60,000 nucleotides of DNA. Source: Laetmonice hystrix (lineage: Eukaryota). Shown one piece after another: positions 48,296 to 60,000 of the stretch. The notes beneath the pieces were generated by a model. The model was given only the letters and a program-made list of their open reading frames with translations. It had not been told where the DNA came from and searched no databases. Position 1 is the stretch's first letter, and every line of letters starts with the position of its first letter. The position numbers were made by a program, and so were the translations under genes. The DNA lies in NCBI GenBank assembly GCA_965235115.1, contig OZ249436.1, forward strand, positions 34,660,001 through 34,720,000. Direction: 5' to 3'.

Positions 48296-51200
48296 ACCAG
48301 CATTATCGTCATTGACATTATAATAACTTTATTTCCCTTTTTTTCTCTGTCTTTTGTCGTCGTCCAATGATGCAGCAGCAAAATAAACAAAAAACAAACC
48401 TACCGTTACCTAGCTGCGATAAACGTAACAGAGAATAACTGATCGCAACCAGAAGAACTGTCAACGACTTCTGATGTATACATGTATATTAAATCAATAA
48501 CTCATGTATGTAAAAACCCCGACATTAATTTAGAGCCATTTGGTTAAAGGAGTAAGTTGCATGATTCCTGATTTCCAACACTCAAGTCCAGTTTATGGCT
48601 TCTCTATACCCCTGATTGCCAGTTGCGAAAAGGACTACTCCCATTGAGTCCCGTTCCATTATACCCAGCGCCTATTTGAATTTTCTTATCTGCTATTTCC
48701 TGCGTATCTAACTTTCTTACCTTTATAGAGGAAATTGGATCACTTTAGGTGCATGGCAACCATTATTTAAGAGAGCACACACTTTTCTTTTCATCGACTT
48801 CTCACATGCCGGACAAGCAGATAGAGTAAGTTAAAAACCACTAGAGGCCCACGCCATGAGTTGTGTTCGTGCAAGCCGAAATATCTATGGACGTCATTAA
48901 GGCACGATTGAAGGATCGAAAAAAACGACACGCACAAGCTGAAGGAACTTTTGTAACTTTCCTAATGGTATTGCCTTCTTGAGGAGCTGTCAACTGATTT
49001 CATTGCGGTTGCATGCAACGCTTGGCGTTTTGTATGTCAGCTGCGCGAACAGGAAATCAATCAGTTCTTGCACTCGACACTTTGACATTTAATATTTGTA
49101 AAGAAGTCGTGCTGCCTGAGCGTTGCTTGAAGCAGGTGCTGCATTTCCCGGGAGGGTTTAGCCATTTCAAGTCCCCTGGCCCACTCAACTTCAATGTCCG
49201 CTCCAGTCCTGTCTGAAAGTCTCCAGCCCCGCTGATAGCCAAGTAATAAAACATGCGCAATGGTACCTTTCATTATGGGATTATTTCAGGAGAATGCTGA
49301 TCCAAACCTTTATCAGTGACAAAGGAGATAAAATAAATAATTGCCACAATGAAAATTCAAACCACCTGCTTGGTGTCACAAGCGTTGTAAATGTGTGCTC
49401 GCCGGCCACTTGAGGCGTCAAATTAATTTCAGATCGGATTATTGTAGATATAATATTTAACACCTGATTCGTGAGATAATTTTTGCATGAGGAAATTTAA
49501 CCGTGAAATAGACTTTAGGGCATTCCGAAATCAAAACCTTGTTTAGGATGAAAAAGTGTAATTTACGTAATTGCGGTTGTAAACAGGAAGGAAAGGTTGT
49601 TGCTTCTACGTATTATGTTTCAAATAATTCAATTTTCAAACAGTTCAATAGTTGTATGAGTTTTTACAGATTACAATGTCAAAGTCTCAATCATGCACAT
49701 CCTGACCATCCCAGGAGGAACACTTTATAAGGTTATATGCATGGAAATCATTGCTTAAGATTTGGAAAATGAATCGGATCAATTTTAATATGATCTCGGT
49801 GCTTATATTTTCTTGGAGGGGGTGAGATAACGCTGACAATGGTGAAACCCTTTACCACCAGCTTTGTATGGCCTTCGTCAGGAAAGAGTCGTATAAAGCG
49901 AGTATGGGATGCTGAACGATATCATGCAATGTAAGTAGATTCTATTTAGGAAAATTGAAATGGTCGATTCATTTCGTGGCTGATCTCGTCTTAAGGTTTC
50001 AATTTTGTGCCACTGCGCCAACATACAACACAGCATGTATAGATTTGTATTTGAAAAAGTATATTATGGATGTAGGCCTATTTTAAGTACTCCTACCTCT
50101 ACTCAAAACACACCCTGCCCCCCCCCCCCTTCCCGAACCTCACAACACACTCTCTACACTTAGGGAATGTCTATCACTGCACACCCTCATTGTCCCCATG
50201 TGGCACCGTGTTTATTATAACAGTGAAGAATATTTGTATTATTCGAGAGTTGGTTTGGAGGTATTTGTCTCAATTCTGGGTCGTGTGGTTGTACGGCCCA
50301 GCTAGCCTGTACCGTGCTGTGCTGCGCTGTGTTGTGCCGTATACTGGTTGCTGGTCGGAGGAGACAGACAGGTCCACGACCACTTTAATGGGCCCCAAAC
50401 ACTAATGGTCACATCTATCATATTACAGTGCTGTCCCGTCTACCTCCCAAACACGTCAGTAACTTTCCCGTTTCTATTTCACAACGTTGACGTATAGCGG
50501 TATTAACAAGCCCAGAAGAAGTTGGAGGCAGTTTGTCATAGCAAATGGAAGCAGTTCCTGAGTAGCTGACTGAATGACTGACTGGCAGATATCACATTTG
50601 GCTGTCTCTGATATCTTATCAAGTAACCGTTCTCTTTGTATTAAGTGTTTCATCTGTCTGTCGGATTATTCCGATGCCATCATTAAGTATCAACAGACGA
50701 GTGATCTTTTTCCTTCTTTTTTAATTAAGTAAGTGCTAACAGTTTTTACTGATAAATTGCTCATAGTTAACAATAGGCGGTGACAAAACACTTTAATGTC
50801 GTGTCATATTTGGGGGGGGGGAGTGCCTGATAGCGACAGTCTCGCCAATATTAGGCTTGCACCTACTGCGTTAGTCTCGTCTAACTCGCATTGGTTGGAT
50901 GACGTTTCGTCGTTGCCATAATCTAGGAAAAGAAAAAATATGAGCCTCAGCTGATCTATTTATCATAATTCTATGCGCGGCCATGTAAATCAAGTAGCAG
51001 ATTCATCTGATTGGTTCCAGTTGTCGAAGCTATCAGCAATTCAAACTTAATGATGTTGATAAGCCTGTGCTTATTGAATAGCCTTGAGATTAAGCCAACC
51101 TTACAATGGTCCAGAGTGAATTACATATTACAAACATTTATGCCAGAAAACACATTAATGGAAGACCTAGAACAAATATCCTTATCGCTGGAATGAGACG

Positions 51201-51718
51201 TGCCCACAAAGACTTTTTGAAGGAACATCAGGCGGTAGATGCCATGACATCTAATTCTAAAGACAGTTGTAGGAATGCTATAGCATAGCCGTACAATATG
51301 TTGCAAGCCACTTATCATTAGATCCTAATGGATCTTTTCAAGCCTACAGAATGATGAAGAAAATCACATCAAATCATGCAGCGTAACAATATGTCTAGTT
51401 GCGATAGCTGCTCAGTATGCAACGCTGTAGGAAACAACCAGATTAGACTGTCATCCTTGTACCTGAAATAAATTGCTAAAATATCTTCTTTCCCTGTCTC
51501 CATTTCTTATGTTTTGATCGAGTAGGTTATTTGTGGGAGTTCTACAAGACTTGTAATTTCGTCTTTCCTTGTTAAGATCCTATACATCACGGTGGCTTAT
51601 CCATGCCTTAATATCTCTCTTCCCGACAGTTTGAAGTTCATTAACAGAGCCTGATCAATCTTTGTCTGGAAGTGGCATACAGCGTAAGACAGCTAGGACT
51701 CTCATTACGACAAGTCGA

Positions 51719-51878
51719 ACCATTGGAGCTGAGGCTTTACAAAGTATGGATAAATATGTCCGATTAGAGTGAAACAGTTCTGGATTTTGACAGGACTCTC
51801 TCTGTCTCTGTCTCTCTCGCTCTCTGTCTCTCTCTGTCTGTCTCTCTGTCTCTGTCTCTTTCGCTCTCTGTCTCTGTC

Positions 51879-51921
<43 letters not shown>

Positions 51922-52006
51922 TGGAGCTTGGGCTGTACAATTTATGGATAAATATGTCCGATTAAAGTGAAACAGTTCTGGATTTTGACAGGACTCTCTC
52001 TCTCTC
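51719..52006. repeat. (TC/TCTG)n microsatellite between two ~85-bp duplicated segments
   Basis: ACCATTGGAGCT..TATGGATAAATATGTCCGATT..GACAGGACTCTCTC at 51719 and 51917, flanking the TC tract 51794-51916. Confidence 0.85.
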
Positions 52007-53503
52007 AGGTTACTAAAATCTTGGTCAAGCAGGAGGTAAAACTTTATTGAAGGCACATTATGTTGTTTGAATACCAGTACAGCACTTTCGAAAGTGCTAT
52101 ATTCATGCATGTATTAACATTCCCAGTTATTTAATTTTACAGATATATAAATATTGGATGTGTTTGATATAAACTGGATTGTCACTCTTCATTTACTCTA
52201 GTATCTGTATTTTAAGGAGATTCGCTCTATTTTGGGGCAGTTATCTGTGGCAACCCTAGGCAGAAAGTCATTGCTATTACAGCTCTTAATATAGGCGAAT
52301 ATGCCTGGAAGTATCATGTTAAAATGCTCACAGTGATTGATGAAGATGGATCGATTCGGTGCAGCAAAATGTATGGATCATGTAGCCACTTCCTTCGGGA
52401 CTGTATTTTTTCTCTCATAAACAACTCCTCCTATATGAGTTCAGTCAGGCATATTTGAATGATGGCTCCAAAACACTTCAGATTGTGAAGAAAGCAAACT
52501 TAGCAGCCGACAGAGAAGAAATAAACAATTCCGTTACAATGGACTTGTCTTTGGGTGGTAATTATATGTCACAGACATTTATGCATTGTTACAATGTTAA
52601 TGAGTTCTTCGTATAGCCGGGTGCGTAATAAGCATGATGCACTGGCGTGGAACCGCGGAAATCTGTCAAATTTATTAGCCCAACTCGAAGTGGCGGGGGC
52701 TTCTAATTCGTCCTCGATCAAGCTCATGCATATTTTCAATGGCCTGTATCTCCAAAACATTTGAAGATAACGACATAATCTTGTAAGAAACATTACAAAA
52801 TGATCAGAGACAGTTTAAGGAAGACACAGGTCAAACATATTTTTGATGTCAGTCAAAGCAATTTTTTGTGTTCAAATTAAATATAGGTGAAGAAGGTAAC
52901 CATATACGGTTGGCAGGTAAGTAGGGGATCCAGGATTTTGATAAGGGAGAAGGGATTTCATTTGGACTGTACTAATGCTTCTCCATCAAAAAAGAGGAAA
53001 ATCTAAGGGGGCCCGGCCACCTGGGCTGCCTGGATTCCCCAGTGGAAGTCATATTAAGTTTCATTTGTCATTATTTCCGTTTACATTGAGTGACTTTGTC
53101 AGGTCAATCAATTCAAGGTCTGGGACATTTTCGACGATTGATATCTTGAAAACACTTCAAGATAACCCCTTACAAATAATGATGGATGAAGACATAAAAA
53201 ATGAAGTTTCTTTGTGACTCATGCATCACGGATGTTCTTCACATGGACTGTATCTCAAAAATACAAAGTACGCATAGTAAATAATCTGTTCATTAAAAAA
53301 TAGTTTGTTCATCACCCTACATAAAAAAAATAGTTTGTTCCATATGTAAAAAATAGTATAGTCAAGATGGGGAAAATAGTTTGATTAATGGTCATAGCGA
53401 AAAAAAAAGATAGCGTTGGCCTGGGGGCAAAAACAAGGTTGCTCATGAAGGAAAGACATAGCCCCCCCCCCCCCCGCTATCAAATGGTCCGCCCCTTACT
53501 CTA

Positions 53504-53748
53504 CAGTGATCTGGAAAAACCTAGCAAGTCCACTTCACCTTATTTTGAGAAAATTGGGAAAAACAAACCATTCCTGCCATTAAGGTGCTGCAAACGCTAG
53601 GTTTTTCCAGGTCAAGAACTATGAATTGCGTAGAGTTCTGATCACTTGTATAGGACTATATGAAAGGGCAAAACCTATAGTAAGTCCAAAAATGGGACTA
53701 ACTCAAATTGGACAAAAACTCGACTTACTAGTTTTTTCCAGGTCACTG
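53504..53748. mobile_element. Tc1/mariner-like MITE (TA TSD)
   Basis: TA|CAGTGATCTGGAAAAACCTAGCAAGTC ... GACTTACTAGTTTTTTCCAGGTCACTG|TA. Confidence 0.8.
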
Positions 53749-55468
53749 TAGTTAACTGTTCCGAGTTGACTTATTTCATGGAACTTCACCTGCTTTGTGC
53801 CCTCCCCCCCCCCCCCCCCCGGAAAAAAGATAATATAACAAAAAATCACGAAGTCGATGGTTATTCTCCCGGGCTGTTTGACTAAAATAATTATCGATCA
53901 CGGGGGAACTTTTCTATTACCTTTGTTCAAGTCAAAGGTACATTTAGACGTAGACCTCTCCCGCTCAATATAAACTAGATATTTCTGGAATCGAGCCGAG
54001 CCTACTGCCAAGATTGCTTATTTTAATCAAAGCATTGGCTTACTTTATTAGATTGCATATCAAGGAGACCTTCAACATGTATTATTTTAAATTTTACCGC
54101 TGAGCCTGTTCAGTCAATGCTGTACTGGCTATAATTCTTGATATAATATACACGGACTGGTAGAGGGGGTTTCCACGTGAAACCAATGCCCCTCCGACAG
54201 CTCTGAATATTCGATTTAGCGGGCTGTGGTTGTAGCTTTGGCCCATGCCCCATGCTGACCGTCTGAGTTTGTAAACCCTACCCAGGACTCCCACCAGAGC
54301 TGCCCCCACAAATTGGCTTACAACAGCGTATCTGACCAAAGGGTGGCTCACGATGTTGGCCTTGCAAGCTGAATGGGCCGATGCTCGGGCATACTAATGG
54401 GCCGATCTCTAATGAGAACAAGTGTGTGAAGCAGGAGATCGGTCATGGGCCACCTCGGGATCTAGCTTAGGGTGGGAAGTCTGTGGGCCGCCGAGGAATT
54501 ACTTGGAATGAATGGTGTTTACTCTGTAAGGTTCCAGTCTCAGAGGCGCCCTGGGGGTAGACGGGAGTGCCTCATCACATCCACAGGAAGAGCAATATAT
54601 CCCTGTATGTACGTGTTACTTCTTAAATTTATCGTGGGCAAAATCCTTCCATTACAACGGAACAAAAATGTATAGTAAGCCCCGCCATTTAACCATTTTC
54701 TGACTGAATATATTCATATTGTATACCAGTTGGAATCCCTTGAAAGGATGTAAAACACGTAGGTCAAATAGGAATGATAGTTGTTCTACCAGAAGTATTT
54801 TCACAGACTGTGAAAGTCTAGAATTGCACCAGTAACTATGTAAGTTATTTAATTGAAGATAAGGACAAAACTATCCTCTACTCTTGAAAAATGTCATGGG
54901 TTTTTGTCTGCCCACTCACAGAGATACTGCTGGACATACCAAAGCCTTTGACGACCGAGGAGGCCGGAGGAGGACCAGTGAGAACAATCGTACTGGAAGG
55001 GTCTAAATCTATATGTGCCATGCACATAGCAATCTGATCCGATCACTTCCCCACACCCTCCTTCGTCCCATTTATGACTTCTTACAAATAACCCAGGGTG
55101 GAGCTGAGCATAATTTTTACCCGGGGTTACAAGGTAAGATACACTTTTGGTCTTTCGGACGTGTGAGTACAGTGGGGGATCCAGGATTTTGGTAAGGAGG
55201 CCCCACCTAAAAAAATTAGCCTCGCTATATGCTTGGCATATGATTTCATTATGTCCATACTAATATTTTTTTTAAGAGGAAAATCTAAGGAGGTCCCGGG
55301 TCCCCGGCCCCCTGGACCCCCCATGGACTGAAGGTGTGAAGGCATTGTATGTAAAATCTTACTAAATCATACTTTTCGATGATAATTCCTAATGAATCTT
55401 TGACTACTTTCACCAAAGAACATAGATCTATCCACACTCTATTTGCCGTGAAGATGACCTTAGGCTTA

Positions 55469-55720
55469 TTAATCCCACACTTACCTGTCCTATCCCGAGC
55501 GCATCAAATTTCAAATTTCAAACAGCTCAGCAAGTCCTATTCAAAATGTGACCATTAAATGACCTGGGAGCCGTTTCACTAAACACTCGTATTTTACGAG
55601 CTAGTCTTAGTGAAACGAATCCCTGGTTTTGATATGGCTGTTTTGTTATCGGTTGTTACCCCCGACCAATGTACATCATTTTCGGCCACTTCGGGAATAG
55701 GACAGGTAAGTGGGCGATTA
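55469..55720. mobile_element. MITE with nested 56-bp Harbinger-like mini element (55567-55622)
   Basis: Outer IR TTAATCCCACACTTACCTGTCCTAT / ATAGGACAGGTAAGTGGGCGATTAA; inner CTG|GGAGCCGTTTCACTAA..TTAGTGAAACGAATCC|CTG. Confidence 0.7.
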
Positions 55721-56847
55721 AGGTAGTTGCCGAAATGGGGTAAAACTCTCAACTAAATAGGACATAGAACACAGAATCCTTGCAGCCAGATTGCAGTAGT
55801 GCAGTATTTAGGAATAGCTGATCAGTACCGATAGTAATAGTATATGAAGATGCTTTCAAATATAATATTGTTAGCTCAGTGGATTCAAAGACTTTCTGGC
55901 GTGAAGCAAGCTGCAGCTCGAGTTGCCCTTCTACAAGGAGCAATTGCATATTTAAGGTACGTTTGAAAGCCTGTGATTTCTCCTGCGGCTGAAAAACAAA
56001 TTGGGTAGACACGAGCCCCATTAACAGCACAGTAGACGCCTTGTAAGGAAACCATCGACCCTTCTCTATATTTGACATACATCATTTCTACATATTATCT
56101 GTGCGACATTGCCTCCTTCCAGTGGCTCGCCGATGTTCTGCCAAGTGGTTGCACTAGTGCCTGCAAATTGCATTTCCTTTGCAGCTAGGTACCGCTGTAT
56201 CCTCTTGTAAAATTGGCCATGTTGAAGACGTATTGACAAGCCATGCATCGCCTAATGGGGCATTGATATACAGCGAGCATCGAACACAGAACGATGCCAA
56301 AGAAGTTGAGGGCCAGGATTGGGGACATTATGTCTGACTCCTCAGCTGTGTACGAGTGTTCTCCTTGAACCACGACGATGACACTGGCGGCAGACCATCA
56401 ATGGAATCAACTGGCCTGGAAAATAACCCCCGTCATCCTTTTATTTAGGGGATAGATTTTGAATTGAGGAAGTCGTAGGAAGTTAAAGAGGTTGATGTGC
56501 TGGAAAGATTGTGGAACGAGGGCAAATGATTTGTGAGGTATCTTTAGAAACGATGGAGGTGGCAGTCCAATCAAAGCTAATACCAGGATTGATTTACTAA
56601 GTCGTCTTGATTTGATTTTCCTTGGTGATATCTCGTTTTGTTTAGGCCTATCGTTGAGAATTTGTGATTTCGCTTTCCGGAATTGGTAGTATGGCACACC
56701 TGTTATTTTCAATGCAGTTAATGTTTGTTTGAATTGGGGGCGTGGGAATGAATTACGCGATTGCATATAAATAACATAAAAGTGCGCAATGCTTGGGCCT
56801 CCATGTCATGACGTGTTGAATTGAACACTACCTTTCTGTATACTCAG

Positions 56848-57182
56848 CACTGGGGGGTCCAGAGGGGCCCAAAGGGCCCGGCCCCCTTAAGGTTTCCTTT
56901 CCCCAGCCCCTTTTTTTAAGAAGATGCATTATTTGGACCCTAAAAGCAGGATTCCAACAAAATTATTTTTTAAAAAGCCTCCTATATTGTACGTGATAGT
57001 AACATCGGGCCTAAAATGGCCTCCTCAGTCATCCAGGAGCATAACTCTGGGCCGCGCAGCATTGAAATGGTCCAAAAAGGGCCCAAAATGGCCACAATCA
57101 CAAAAAAATCATGCCGAGATGTGAAAAAAATGAGAATTTTTTTTAGGTGCCCCCCCATATCAAAAGCCTGGATCCCCCACTG
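56848..57182. mobile_element. MITE of CAGTGGGGGATCCAGG-terminus family (related degenerate copies at ~52918-53044 and 55170-55326)
   Basis: CACTGGGGGGTCCAG ... CTGGATCCCCCACTG with CTCAG on both flanks; the shared GGGGATCCAGGATTTTG start occurs in the other copies. Confidence 0.65.
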
Positions 57183-60000
57183 CTCAGTGTAATTAATGTA
57201 TCAACATTCGGTGGAAGGGAAAAGAAAGAGGTTGGTGGAGAGTGACAGTCAGTAATCCTAATTTGACCAATCCATTGATGGAAATAGATAGCCGCAATTT
57301 TCTCTCTAGTTTTAAGAAATGAGCTACCATTGCTAATCTGATTTGGTCTTCCCCGTGGAGACTAGTTGGTGGAGCGGACCGTAAAAATATTCACAATGTC
57401 TGTGCCCCCCCCCCCCCCCGGCACCTCCCAGCAAAGAGTTGGGCGGCATTGCCTCCATACTTCCATCCCCCGGCCAAGTCAACAGGTTTCCAATGTGAAT
57501 GTAGGTCCCTATGTCTGCTGCAGATGACTGAGAGAAACATGTCCATTTCCTGATTCATACAAGGACCTAATTCTGATGATCTCATCTGGCTTTGTAAGGT
57601 AATATAATCACATCTCGTACAATATTCATTAATAATATGTTGACCGTGCGTTTTATTTCACGTGTTTCCATTGACGTCTTCCGTAAAAACAGCAGGTTGT
57701 TTTTAAAGCAGCAAGTTGGTACGTGTTCCAGATAGACTCCATGTAGTTGAATGACTGTACTAAAACAATAGCTGCAGCTGAGCTTGGCGTGCAAGTAAAT
57801 GTAGTCACGTGACATTAACCTGCGACACCGCGCCTCAACTGAGGGAGGTCCCCGTAGACGGTCTGCAGCCTTCTTATTATATTATTGTGTGCCAGGTCTG
57901 CCAATAGCTTTGTGTACAGTGAGGCTCTGTCCTTGTTTCTAGGCACAAGAGCTTCTGTGACTTGGCTGGCGATGACAGTTGTGGTAGATTGTGGCTTTGT
58001 AATGGTGGTGATTTTTCCCTGACCTTACTGACACCAATCTGCAAGTTTCTAAAGGGTCTATCAAAGAACTGTGGCTGTATTGGGCAGTTGAGTTGTGATG
58101 TTCCCTTGCTATTTGCCAATATCCCTCCCATCCAACAGTGAGTCATAAGTGTTGATTCTATTCACCGGCGTGATTCATAATTTGCGGCCAGCAGGTAAAT
58201 GTTGGGGTTGAGTCTGGTGGTGGCAGCTATTGCAGAATGAATATATTTCTCAGAATAAATATACGTCCATGTATACCTGGTTCTGTGGGATATATTCCAG
58301 AAGCTTTGCCAAGCAGTGTTTTATCAGATAAGTGAACCTTGTAATTTGCTGCTCAATCTTAGTTTATCATTCAGGGAGATATCACTATAACTATACTCGT
58401 AGCTCTGATATTACCGACTTCATTAAGATGGACATAATTACAGTGCCATAGTAATCACTCTTATCGAAAACAATGACTAATCGTGATTACAAGTAAAGCC
58501 AGTGGAAGCACTCTATTTGATATATGGTCCTGGTATTATCATCTAGTGTTAACACGACCTTTTAGTCACCCGAGGATTCTGGTATGAGTCAGTCTACAAG
58601 CCGTATTGTCCTCGGTTTGAGACTTTGGGAAGCTGAACTAGGCCTACTCGAATACACAATACGGGTTAACCTGACAGTCTGAAATATGCGGAGGGTTTTT
58701 GCCATAATGCCAAGTGAAGTTTTGAACTCTCAGGACAACGAAAAGCTTTTAGTGTTATCGTCGAGTTGAACAAAGGTGAACCTTTCGCTTCATTGCCAAT
58801 GAGAAAGGTTTCATGGCTCCATGAGTTGTACTCGGACTGAACAGATACCATCAGTCAAACAAGTTAATCTTAACTTAAACACTCAAATGTCTGTACAGTA
58901 CGGATTAAAGGTGCTTTGAAAAATAAGGCAAAGTTTTTTAAAGTGGCCTGTCGGCATTTTTATCAATTGTAAAATAGGGCTTCTCCTGCAAAAAAAATGA
59001 ACGAGTGTGCCCTTTGGCGGAACTCCGCGCCTTATTAGGGCAGAAACTGGTTGGTTTCACCAGACAGCTGCCTTGTTATTAGCTAGAATAGCTAAGCAAA
59101 GTAACTCCCCATGTGGCCAACAAACCTATCGTTTCCTACTGAGTTGATGATGTCAGTCATGCCACATCATCATGCTACCTGTTTATCAGATAAATCAATC
59201 CATGATATTTGGAGTGTAAGGCAGTATAATCTTCAACCAATGGTGGTTTCCCTCGCGTGATGCATAGAAAACTCTTGCATACGCAACGTTCTTTCTGTAC
59301 ACGTTGAATGTGATTACTTCTCCAGAGAGTGAAAGAGACGGTGAAATAGGCCAACATCTAACAAAGATGGTAGCGTCTTTATCGAGAGAAAAAACGGCTC
59401 CTTTCTCCTCTCGGTGAATACTAGTGTACTGGTTAAACTTGACGGATCATTAGAAAGTTTGTGTTAAGTGAAGAACGACCCCCTATGACCTTTAGGTCCG
59501 TCGATAGTTTATACAAATGTAATATGAAGATTGCGTCTGATGATGCTTTCTGAACTCGCTGGTCAAAAGTATGCTCCTAATAGCACTTCACAGTAACAGG
59601 TGAGACGGTCTTTCATTTTAATTTCATCGATCGTGTATTACATAGCACGTGATCTCTGTATAAAGGTTGGCCAGTTCAGACTGCAAAAGGGCTTTCATTT
59701 TATTACGACCATGCCGACGGTACGGGAACTTACAAAGGCTGAACGTCATGTTCTCATTTCGGTGAGGTACCAACAAACTGGTGACCATGAAAAATTAAAC
59801 AGATGTCGTCCAAAGAAAACCACCGAGTAGCACCGAGACAAGATCGGTGTCTCCTGCAGTAAAAAGTGAACATTGACTTCATTATCATAACCCAGACACT
59901 TTCAAGACGTCTTAAGAAGTGTAAAGAAAATTGAATAAATTATTGTGACACAGTTCTCCAAACTGGACTTTGATGTGCATTTCAATGTTGCAATACTTCT

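Noticed and set aside
51655..52110. 151-aa RE/RQ-rich ORF
   Set aside because: Translation of a TC microsatellite.
55749..56400. Chain of short minus-strand ORFs resembling a decayed gene
   Set aside because: No recognisable domain or consistent splice structure; needs a homology search.
57870..58330. Possible reverse transcriptase remnant (KLADWC-like peptide on minus strand)
   Set aside because: Multiple stops and no YADD or other RT motif visible.
1..60000. tRNA, rRNA, SINE heads or hammerhead ribozymes
   Set aside because: No cloverleaf with A/B boxes found; CTGANGA hits lacked paired stems and GAAA partners on visual inspection (a covariance-model scan would be decisive).

Overview
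Eukaryotic (invertebrate-like, spliceosomal GT-AG introns) genomic DNA; there is no prokaryotic operon, CRISPR array, rRNA or convincing tRNA. 870-19493 (+): a polycystin-1 family (PKD1-like/PKD1L) receptor-channel gene, 5' end probably incomplete. I traced 26 phase-consistent exons (~2657 aa: WSC-like, PKD repeats, short REJ, GAIN/GPS, TM1, PLAT, TM2-5, TOP, 6-TM polycystin channel). Two of its introns carry tandem arrays made of the exon 3' end plus splice donor (74 bp x 28; 56 bp x 9). In the 74-bp array each unit reads as a 47-nt GT..AG pseudo-intron plus a 27-nt in-frame micro-exon. 21.9-28.2 kb: three small low-complexity orphan-like genes (one with an MGCxxS/Cys-rich acylation N-terminus). 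29656-35866 (-): a 10-exon gene for an ~802 aa protein with five CCCH fingers, an RWD-like fold, CxxC ribbons and a C-terminal CHY finger. 36-60 kb: no supportable protein-coding gene; many non-autonomous DNA transposons/MITEs, a 598-bp near-identical direct repeat, microsatellites and regulatory motifs (CTCF-like, RFX X-box, NRF1/CCAAT).
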